From positions 1,054,001-1,118,000 of the forward strand of contig CATNEN010000030.1 in the NCBI GenBank assembly GCA_950097015.1: DNA of 64,000 bases, in the 5' to 3' direction. Source of the DNA: Macrostomum hystrix. Its lineage: Eukaryota > Animalia > Platyhelminthes. The position numbers were made by a program, and so were the translations under genes. The notes beneath the pieces are model-generated. The model did not search any database, had not been told where the DNA came from, and was given only the letters and a program-made list of their open reading frames with translations. Shown here piece after piece: positions 1 to 10,102 of the stretch (positions within the stretch are counted from its first letter, which is position 1; every line of letters starts with the position of its first letter).

Positions 1-371
1 ATAGGTTAATAAAGCACTATCAGACTACTCATAGTAGGTGAACACGTGGTTGATGCTTTTGCTTATTTGATTATGCGCAAAAAGTAAAATCAATATCTAA
101 TTTGATTTTTCGATTAATAATCCAACCCATGACTATACAAATCTTATAATCTCTAATCCCAAATCCCGAATTCATTAATTAAAAATCCAGTCATACCTGC
201 AAATATTTAATCCTTGAATAGCTTATTCCCAAATTTTGTGCATAGAAATCCTCGAACTTAAAAGCCTGTAACCACACTTTCCTAAATCCGAAATGCAAAA
301 TCAAATATCTGAAAGTTGATCTGGGATCCTTAAATCCTGAAATCATGCATCCTTACATACATAAATTCGAT

Positions 372-752
372 GAGATCCCACATCGTGAAATCCCACATCG
401 TGAAATCCCACATCCCGAAATCCCACATCCTGAAATCCCACATCCTGAAATCCCACATCCTGAAATCCCACATCCTGAAATCCCACATCCTGAAATCCCA
501 CATCCTGAAATCCCACATCCTGAAATCCCACATCCTGAAATCCCACATTATGAAATATCACATCCTGAAACCCCACATCCCGAAATCCTACATCTTGAAA
601 TAAAAAAACGTTAAACTTTAAGTCTCATATCGTAAAATTCCACAGCTTGAAGTCGCACATCCTGAAATCCAAAATTCTGAAATCCCACATCCTGAAATCC
701 AAAATTATGAAATCCCACATCCTGAAATCCAAAATTATGAAATCCCACATAT
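372..752. repeat. 15-bp minisatellite (GAAATCCCACATCCT), turning into a 30-bp composite after ~655; in CPS1 intron 2
   Basis: Direct tandem copies visible; explains the PEIPH/WDFRM ORFs in the track. Confidence 0.95.
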
Positions 753-885
753 CAAAATCGCACACCTTAAAGTCCCAAATGAAGAACTAAATCTTAAAAC
801 CCAGGATACTCGTAATTATGCGAACAGACAAATATCCCATTTGAAAGCCCTAAATTTGAAATCTTCAACACTCAATCGGGCTCAC

Positions 886-1095
886 CTCAGCTGTGAGATT
901 CCTCAGGTTGGGATTGTGAAACTCAGTCAGCGGCTGATCAGCGAACTCAATCTTGCCCAGCAGGGTGCCCCGATCGCGAATCTTTTTAGTGAGCAGCCTG
1001 GTGTCGATACCGGACAGGGCCGGCACGCCCTCCCGTTTCAGCCAATGAGAGAGCGAATGAGCCGACTTCCAGTGGCTGTGATCCACGGAGTAGTC
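886..1095 (-). CDS. CPS1: Carbamoyl-phosphate synthetase (CPS1/CPS III-like), coding exon 2; gene continues off the left edge
   Basis: Acceptor tttcgcAG at 1097-1096 and donor GAG|GTGAGC at 885; 210 nt, phase 0/0. Translates DYSVDHSHW...[25 protein letters not shown]...NLTAE, matching the CPS small-subunit N-terminal domain (GIDTRxLTKxIR motif). Confidence 0.93.
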
Positions 1096-1159
1096 CTGCG
1101 AAATTGTGAGTGGGTCATTATTACTTACCGTTGCTCAAACTGCTTACATAGTTCTGTGG

Positions 1160-2033
1160 AGGGTCAAATGACCTCTAAAGTCAGTCATTCCGGGGGTCGA
1201 TTGACTGGATGTTTAAGTCATATCGGGGATCAAATGACCTCTTAACTTATTCCGGGGGGTCAAATGACCTCTTGACTTATTCGGGGGGTCAAATGACCTC
1301 TTGACTTATTCAGGGGGGTCAAATGACCTCTTGACTTATTCAGGGGGGTCAAATTACCTCTTGACTAATTCGGGGGTCAAATGACCTCTTGACTTATTCA
1401 GGGGGTCAAATGACCTCTTGACTTATTCAGGGGGGTCAAATGACCTCTTGACTTATTCGGGGGGTCAAATGACCTCTTGACTTATTCAGGGGGTCAAATG
1501 ACCTCTTGACTTATTCGGGGGGTCAAATGACCTCTTGACTTATTCAGGGGGGTCAAATGACCTCTTGACTTATTCAGGGGGGTCAAATGACCTCTTGACT
1601 TATTCAGGGGGGTCAAATGACCTCTTGACTTATTCAGGGGGGTCAAATGACCTCTTGACTTATTCAGGGGGGTCAAATGACCTCTTGACTTATTCAGGGG
1701 GTCAAATGACCTCTTGACTTATTCGGGGGTCAAATGACCTCTTAACTTATTCAGGGGGGTCAAATGACCTCGACTTATTCAGGGGGGTCAAATGACCTCG
1801 ACTTATTCGGGGGGTCAAATGACCTCTTGACTTATTCAGGGGGGTCAAATGACCTCTTGACTTATTCAGGGGGGTCAAATGACCTCTTGACTTATTCGGG
1901 GGGTCAAATGACCTCTTGACTTATTCAGGGGGGTCAAATGACCTCTTGACTTATTCGGGGGGTCAAATGACCTCTTGACTTATTCAGGGGGTCAAATGAC
2001 CTCTTGACTTATTCGGGGGTCAAATGACCTCTA
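1160..2033. repeat. 30-bp minisatellite (GGGGGGTCAAATGACCTCTTGACTTATTCA), ~28 copies, in CPS1 intron 1
   Basis: Direct tandem copies visible; 28-30 bp length variants. Confidence 0.97.
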
Positions 2034-2185
2034 AAGTTCTTCCGGGGGTCAAATCGTCTCTAAAATTATTTCTAAGGACCTACTGAATTCTACCCTAGTT
2101 ATGACCTATTAAAGATTATTCAAGTGGTTAAAAATGATCTAAAATTGAGTTTCCGTTATTCGCAAAAATAATTTGAGCTTAACAC

Positions 2186-2560
2186 CTGCACAATGAGACC
2201 GGAAATGTGCACTGCGTCCGATTCCACATTCAATCTTAATCCGTTGGCGTCCACAGCCTGAGTGTCTGGGACACCGTAGTTTCCCACAATGGGATAAGTG
2301 AGCACCAGAATCTGGCCGCGATAGCTGGGATCTGTCAGCGACTCCGGATAGCCGGTTAAGCCAGTGTTAAACACGACCTCGCCGGATGAGGACTTGTCGG
2401 CGCCAAACGAATAGCCGCTGAACTCCGTGCCGTCCTCCAGCACCAGGCGGGCCTTGTTGGGCAGGACCAGGCGGCGACCAGCCGAGCTGAAGCTGCGGCA
2501 CTTCATGGCCAGCGCCGGCAGTCGGCGACTCAAGAGACTGCTCAGCATCGCGGGCGCCAT
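2186..2560 (-). CDS. CPS1: Carbamoyl-phosphate synthetase (CPS1/CPS III-like), first coding exon with predicted mitochondrial presequence
   Basis: ATG at 2560 and donor CAG|GTGTTA at 2185. An Arg/Ser/Leu-rich acid-free leader ([30 protein letters not shown]) is followed by the hallmark CPS motifs [56 protein letters not shown]. Confidence 0.95.
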
Positions 2561-2659
2561 AGCTGAAAAATAGATATTTATAGATCTCCTTTTTAAAGTA
2601 AATTATCTTTTAATATTCCTAACTAAATTAGAACCTGTGTTTCTTTATATATTTCTCAC

Positions 2660-2855
2660 CAGGTGTTATAACAAGGTGTTATGACAAGGTGTTATGACAA
2701 GGTGTTATGACAAGGTGTTATGACAAGGTGTTATGACAAGGTGTTATGACAAGGTGTTATGACAAGGTGTTATGACAAGGTGTTATAACAAGGTGTTATG
2801 ACAAGTTGTTATGACAAGGTGTTATGACAAGTTTTTATGACAAGGTGTTATGAAA
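2660..2855. repeat. 13-bp minisatellite (ACAAGGTGTTATG)
   Basis: About 14 direct copies. Confidence 0.95.
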
Positions 2856-4214
2856 AGGTTGAGAAAAACTTTCTAGATCCTAAGTTACAACACCTACTTT
2901 AATAACTATACCTATTTTTTTTCAAAAAACGTAACATAAAACGAAACTGAGACATAATGAAGGGATTGCAAGACAATAAACATCTCATGACGGTAATAAC
3001 TTTCAACAATAACAAAAATAACAATAGCAATAATAAAGCTGGAATAGCATTATTAACAGTAGCAGTATTCAGCGGGTCACACAGATCACACTCGGTTTGC
3101 TGGCATTGAGTAGTATACTTACGTAATTGTTATTGAGTTATAGTATAGTTAAATATGTAAATTATTATTATATTGATCAAATTTTGTTTCATTTTTTAAC
3201 AATAGTGTCCATGTAAATTAAATTACGGATTTTAAAAAATGTCAATTTTTTAAGACACAGATGGCCCTGGGTAACAATAATAGTGTCCATTTGTCAAACA
3301 TCAAAAGCAGAATTACACTAATAATTTCAATTAAGCACAATTATTATAATCATCTGATTAAAACATATCAAACTACAAAACAGCTGTTCGCTTATAAATA
3401 AAATAATCAAGACAAAGCGAAGCAATTAAGGAAATTTGGTGAGACAAAAATTATAGTATACATACTCTCAGAACAAATCTGTCTACTTATAGTAGCATCA
3501 TAGCATAAAAAGTTATGAATGTCAAAAAAATAATTAAAGAAAATATTTGAAACAATAAGAGAGCTGTCCGTACGCTTTAGATAGAGCAAAAATCTGAGAA
3601 AGTGAGGTAAGACGTGAAGCTTAATTTTGGTACAATAATGATAGAAATATATTATTGCATATCTAGAAGCTTATAAAGCAGAACTGCATTGAAAAAAGTG
3701 ATTAATAAAAATAGAGAATTTTCGAATTGAGAAAAAAACTGAAAAAAACTTCGTTGCACGAGTTTTATACCCACTAAAAAGCTTGTGAGTTAAACAGTCA
3801 GAATAATAAATAAATATATTGTAGGTATGTAAGTGAATGCAATTTGGAAGTGGCATACAGAATACGTCATTTGAGGATTTTTTAAGTTCAAAACCTGTCA
3901 GCAACTTTTAGCGATCAGTAGTATCTGAAGAGTATTATGCCAGATAATGAATATTTTTGTGAATAGCTATTTTTTAGATTATATTGGGAATAAAAGTGCT
4001 TTCAGTGACGCTTAGAGCGTGCTCAACTACTGAGACTAAATATCAACAATAGGTTAAACATATGGCACGAAAACCACAACTACATACAATAGCTTCTTAA
4101 AGAACATAACACAGGATTTTCCAAAACATTTAATGCAACTACGAAGCAGAAATTTTTTTTCTATAAACTGTCAGTCCATAAATAATTAAACATTTATTTT
4201 TAGGGGATTTCTAG

Positions 4215-4682
4215 GGTACAGGGGAAATCCCTAAACTGAAATCATGGGTGTAGGGGAAATTCTTAAACTGAAATCATGGGTGTAGGGGAAATCCCTAAAC
4301 TGAAATCATGGGTATAGGGGAAATCCCTAAACTGAAATCATGGGTGTAGGGGAAATTCTTAAACTGAAATCATGGGTGTAGGAGAAATCCCTAAACTGAA
4401 TTCATGGGTGTAGGGGAAATCCCTAAACTGAAATCATGGGTATAGGGGAAATCCCTAAACTGAAATCATGGGTGTAGGGGAAATCCCTAAACTGAAATCA
4501 TGGGTATAGGGGAAATCCCTAAACTGAAATCATGGGTGTAGGGGAAATTCCTAAACTGAAATCATGGGTATTGGGAAAATCCCTAAACTGAAATCATGGG
4601 TATAGGGGAAATCCCTAAACTGAAATCATGGGTGTAGGGGAAATTCCTAAACTGAAATCATGGGTATTGGGAAAATCCCGAA
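4215..4682. repeat. 32-bp minisatellite (GGGGAAATCCCTAAACTGAAATCATGGGTGTA)
   Basis: About 14 direct copies. Confidence 0.95.
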
Positions 4683-4966
4683 ATGGCAATTGGTGTTGCA
4701 AAGGAAATCCTGAGGCGACACTAAAAATTATTGGGAATTTCTCAGAACAAAAATACTCAGAAAGCTCGGAGATGGTGCTCAGTGCACGCCAAATGTCCTC
4801 ATGCTCGCATAGATTAAGAAGATAATTGATGTGCCAAAAAGGCGTAGTGACTGACTTGACAAAATGAATAACAAAACTTTATAAATACGAGTAATTCTCA
4901 CTTGCAATACCAGTAGTTAAGTGTGTCAACAATGTGGCAAATGTACTTTTATACAGTCTTTCCTGT

Positions 4967-5045
4967 TCAGTCTTGTGCATCGTTGTCGTTGCCACCGCGC
5001 CATCGTTGCCCGCTACCGGCTGTTAGAGAAAATCGCCTTCGGAAG
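4967..5045 (-). CDS. RILPL1: RILP-like protein, probable last coding exon
   Basis: Acceptor ccttcatttaacttcAG at 5047-5046. Phase matches the preceding exon, giving GIKQF-FRRRFSLTAGSGQRWRGGNDNDAQD* (TGA 4969-4967), which resembles the GIK/RxFF motif after RH2 in RILP-like proteins. Confidence 0.65.
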
Positions 5046-5429
5046 CTGAAGTTAAATGAAGGATTTTTTCTGGTTGGATAAAAAACGGATAAGCGCACAC
5101 GCACAAGCTACTTAAAGTAGACCGGGGTTTGCATCGGAAAAAAATTCTGACAAGGCGTAAAAACAGTCACTTAAGCAAAAAAGCTAAAAGTTTCAGGTAT
5201 AAAAGAGAATATGCTGTAAACGTGCATGGTGGGCATACTTCAATCGATACGCGGCTTGTTCAACTTCTCGCGAATCAGTTTGATTAGCCTCTGAAAGCTG
5301 CAAAACAACGCAAATGTTGCTATTGCTACTTAGAGTAGACGATATCTTTCGTTTGGTTGAAAAGAGCAAAGTAATGATTGCAAAAAAATCGTACTTAAGT
5401 TAGCAAGTTCTATTATTAGCCCTATCTAT

Positions 5430-5945
5430 GCCTAATCTCTACCCTGTCTCACCCCTAGCCTGTCTCACCCTTACCCTGTCTCACCCCTACCCTGTCTCAC
5501 CCATACTTTGTCTCACCCCTACCCTGTCTAACGCCCACAGTCTCACCCCTACCCTGTCTCATCCTGTCTCATCTCTACACTGTCTCTTCTCTCCGCTTTG
5601 TCTCATCTCTCCACTTTGTCTCATCTCTCCGCTTTGTCTCATCTCTCCGCTTTGTCTCATCTCTCCCCTGTCTCATCTCTCCCCTGTCTCATCTCTCCGC
5701 TTTGTCTCATCTCTCCCCTGTCTCATCTCTCCGCTTTGTCTCAACTCTCCCCTGTCTCATCTCTCCGCTTTGTCTCATCTCTCCCCTGTCTTATCTCTCC
5801 GCTTTGTCTCATCTCTCCCCTGTCTCATCTCTCCTCTTTGTCTCATCTCTCAACTCTCCCCTGTATCATCTCTCCGCTTTGTCTCATCTCTCCTCTGTCT
5901 CATCTCTCCCCTGTCTCATCTCTCCCTTGCCTCATCTACGCTTCC
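5430..5945. repeat. CT-rich 16-bp minisatellite (TGTCTCATCTCTCCCC family)
   Basis: Tandem degenerate copies; same family at 14516, 25215 and 48655. Confidence 0.92.
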
Positions 5946-7114
5946 CTGTCTCGCCTCAGGCAAGTCACACTTCGCGAGGCTGCCCGCTAGGCATATCAAG
6001 GTTTCGGGCGGACCACAGTTACAAGGGTTCATAATTATGGGCTAAAATTAGAACACACACCAGGGACAATTTGAAAGCGTCCGCTCATTAGGGCCGTATG
6101 ATCTGTCGGCGGTGGCTGGCGCTGCCGGGGCGGAGAGCGGGCATTTCCTGATACTCTGAGCACACAGCTGCTCATGAAGGGGACGAGAGAGTCGATATAG
6201 GCAGTCAGAGAGGACTAAATTTCAGACAGCCATAAGTGGAGCATGCCAAGAGGAGGAGAATACTTAGTGAAGAGTCTATATAAAGCTTCACACTCGCTGA
6301 GGGTGGGTGGACGATAATGATTCAGCAGAAAATTGGCGCGCGTAGAATGAGAAAGTGATTAGAAAGAGGAATGCAGAAAATGGAGGATGGGGATTACAAG
6401 TAATTATGCTATGGCCTTCACTTGTAGAATATTCCTTTCCTTCCTAAAGTAAGTAAATTAAAGTAAGTTAAATGTAAACAAAGTTTTGTTATTAATCTAC
6501 CTGGCAATTGAATTGAAGAATTTGAGTTGCAGCCGATTAAATTCTAGTTTCTTTTCTCGACCAAATTTTCTAAATTGCTCAGACAGTCGGAAAACTAAGC
6601 TCTTTTATTTTAGAGAACGATTTTCTCTTGTTTAAATAATGAACTCAAACCTAGCTCCGCTGTCTCACAGCGCACATACGCACAGGATTTGCTAGATTCC
6701 GCTGATCGGATCACGCGGTCAATGCGTGATCAATCAGTCTGCCATTGGCTTTCATTGGCAACAACCCCAGACCAACACAAATGAATTTGAGCACAACACG
6801 GACAGGGGGGAAGCACGCAGTTAGTGAGTGATCTGCAAGAACTAGTCAAACAAAATACACCCCACTGCTCCTTCGAACAATCCCAGGGCTTAAAACTGAT
6901 CGAAGCCATATTCAACAGAAAAAAACTTGGTTGCCGCTTATTTCAGTCATTCATGAGCACGCGCGTGCTTAGCCTAGTGCGAAATAAAGTGCAAGCTGAT
7001 AGTTGAAATGGAAGCGACAACATACACGCATGCGCAAAATATACGAATGAGAACAAAGTACTAGCTTTTGCTTTTAGTCTCTGCTTCAACTCACTGCAAT
7101 TTTATTCTACAATG

Positions 7115-8262
7115 GGAGTGCAGCCTATGACTACTTCATGAGTGACTCATGGTCATTCGTTCATTGGAGTGTAGCCTATGACTACTTCTTGAGTGACTTA
7201 TGGTCATTCGTTCATTGGAGTGCAGCCTATGACTACTTCTTGAGTGACTCATGGTCATTCGTTCATTGGAGTGCAGCCTATGACTACTTCTTGAGTGACT
7301 CATGGTCATTCGTTCATTGGAGTGCAGCCTATGACTACTTCTTGAGTGACTCATGGTCATTCGTTCATTGGAGTGCAGCCTATGACTACTTCTTGAGTGA
7401 CTCATGGTCATTCGTTCATCGGAGTGTAGCCTATGACTACTTCTTGAGTGACTCATGGTCATTCGTTCATTGGAGTGCAGCCTATGACTACTTCTTGAGT
7501 GACTCATGGTCATTCGTTCATTGGAGTGCAGCCTATGACTACTTCTTGAGTGACTCATGGTCATTCGTTCATCGGAGTGTAGCCTATGACTACTTCTTAA
7601 GTGACTCACGGTCATTCGTTCATTGGAGTGTAGCCTATGACTACTTCTTGAGTGACTCATGGTCATTCGTTCATTGGAGTGCAGCCTATGACTACTTCTA
7701 AAGTGACTCAAGGTCATTCGTTCATTGGAGTGCAGCCTATGACTACTTCATGAGTGACTCATGGTCATTCGTTCATTGGAGTGTAGCCTATGACTACTTC
7801 TTAAGTGACTCACGGTCATTCGTTCATTGGAGTGTAGCCTATGACTACTTCTTAAGTGACTCACGGTCATTCGTTCATTGGTGTGTAGCCTATGACTACT
7901 TCTTGAGTGACTCATGGTCATTCGTTCATCGGAGTGTAGCCTATGACTACTTCTTAAGTGACTCACGGTCATTCGTTCATTGGAGTGTAGCCTATGACTA
8001 CTTCTTGAGTGACTCATGGTCATTCGTTCATCGGAGTGTAGCCTATGACTACTTCTTAAGTGACTCACGGTCATTCGTTCATTGGAGTGTAGCCTATGAC
8101 TACTTCTTAAGTGACTCACGGTCATTCGTTCATTGGAGTGTAGCCTATGACTACTTCTTAAGTGACTCACGGTCATTCGTTCATTGGAGTGTAGCCTATG
8201 ACTACTTCTTAAGTGACTCACGGTCATTCGTTCATTGGAGTGTAGCCTATGACTACTTAGTC
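7115..8262. repeat. 51-bp minisatellite (GAGTGACTCATGGTCATTCGTTCATTGGAGTGCAGCCTATGACTACTTCTT), ~22 copies
   Basis: Direct tandem copies; explains the 17-aa periodic ORFs (SDSWSFVHWSAAYDYFL). Confidence 0.97.
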
Positions 8263-8850
8263 ACTCAAGGTCATTTGGTCATTGAAGTGCAGCCTTTGAC
8301 TACATGAGCGACTCAAGATTTGGTCATTTGAAGTGTATTCCATGCCTACTAAACAGAGCAGCAAAGATCTCTAGTAAGACTAACTCGCACTAAACTATTT
8401 AGTTTATAATTAAATATTGACATCGAAAAAAGTGAAATTTCAGTGCTTAGGAAAGTCAGCAAATTCACAGCTACAACTAAGGGTAGTAGGCAACACAACA
8501 CTGAAGGTAGGCACAACACTATAGAGACAATATGCTCGTAGTTCCAACTATTATTTACCAATTAGAAATTTGTTCCGTCGACAAAAATATCAGTAGCTCA
8601 GACGAATGAATCAGTTTTTCGCAAATCTAATGCAAGTTTTATTTTAACTAAGCTGATTGAGTTAAGAAGCAGTTAAGATTGTGCATGAATGCGTTCTGTG
8701 AGTTTGAATCAATTTCCGGGAATAGAGAATAGAAGTGACAGAGATACAGCTTCATTCGTTTAGCTATGAATTTTGTCTAGCAGACTCTGGAAGCTGGGGA
8801 GGTGAGGGCAAATATGATGTGTCAGTCTGTTCACTCTGCTTAATAAATAT

Positions 8851-9624
8851 GGTTTCTAGATTAGATGCTCTACTTTATAGATTCTCTAGATGTACTAGTT
8901 TCTAGATTCTCTAGATGCACTGGTTTCTAGATTAGATTCTCTAGTTTCTAGATTCTCTAGATGCACTAGTTTATGTATTCTCTAGATGCACTAGTTTATG
9001 TATTCTCTATATGCACTAGTTTATGTATTCTCTAGATGCACTAGTTTCTATATTCTCTATATGCACTAGTTTATGTATTCTCTAGATGCACTAGTTTCTG
9101 GATTCTCTAGAAGCACTGGTTTCTAGATTAGATTCTCTAGTTTCTAGATTCTCTAGATGCACTAGTTTCTATATTCTCTATATGCACTAGTTTATGTATT
9201 CTCTAGATGCACTAGTTTCTGGATTCTCTAGAAGCACTGGTTTCTAGATTAGATTCTCTAGTTTCTAGATTCTCTAGATGCACTAGTTTATGTATTCTCT
9301 ATATGCACTAGTTTATGTATTCTCTAGATGCACTAGTTTCTGGATTCTCTAGAAGCACTGGTTTCTAGATTAGATTCTCTAGTTTCTAGATTCTCTAGAT
9401 GCACTAGTTTATGTATTCTCTATATGCACTAGTTTATGTATTCTCTATATGCACTAGTTTATGTATTCTCTAGATGCACTAGTTTCTGGATTCTCTAGAT
9501 GCACTGGTTTCTAGATTAGATTCTCTAGCTTCTAGATTCTCTAGATGCACTAGTTTCTGGATTCTCTAGATGCACTGGTTTCTAGATTAGATTCTCTAGT
9601 TTCTAGATTCTCTAGATGCACTAG
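8851..9624. repeat. CTAG-rich composite minisatellite (TTCTCTAGATGCACTAGTTT and variants)
   Basis: Tandem units of ~21-35 bp dense in TCTAGA and ACTAGT. Confidence 0.9.
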
Positions 9625-9683
9625 TAATTCCACATAGACAAGAATTCAATATAAGAGAAACTTGGAAGTGGTATTAGTCTTAC

Positions 9684-9776
9684 AACTGCTTGATGCCAAT
9701 GTCGGTTGATCGGTCCGGATAGAGCTTCTCGTCCGGCTCTTTGTTGATCGGGCCCTGAACTGGGGCGTCCTCGTCG
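9684..9776 (-). CDS. RILPL1: RILP-like protein, coding exon (end of RH2 region)
   Basis: Acceptor ccgcctattcAG at 9778-9777 and donor TT|GTAAGA at 9683; phase 2/2. Translates (G)DEDAPVQGPINKEPDEKLYPDRSTDIGIKQ, with the PVQGPIN(K/R)EP motif of RILP-like proteins. Confidence 0.88.
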
Positions 9777-10102
9777 CTGAATAGGCGGAGGGTGGGGTGG
9801 TGGATGGCTGCGTGCACTGAGTTTAGGCATATTGTTATTAAGTAGCTAAAACGCGCAGTTAAAATACATTTAACAGGTTTTAAGCTTTCCATGAAGTTGA
9901 GAAAATATTATTACAGAAAGTAGCAATGTTTTAGTGCGCAGCAATTTCAGGATTGGTCATGCTTGAAATATGCCATCGATCTATATGTCAAGTACAACAA
10001 GGCTTCTTACTTTTATACCCTACCGACAAACTTTCTCTGAGTAACTTTAACATTCGCTTTCATGAGTCTGTTTGTGTCTCATTCTGTCAGCAAACTACAG
10101 TC

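Noticed and set aside
886-2560. Assignment as CAD
   Set aside because: The N-terminal presequence-like extension argues for a mitochondrial CPS; downstream domains are not visible, so CAD is disfavoured but not formally excluded.
4971-5060. Plus-strand exon reading of the GC-rich segment at ~4970-5050 (good acceptor at 4969-4970)
   Set aside because: No donor gives a phase compatible with the 5960 exon, while the minus-strand reading completes RILPL in phase.
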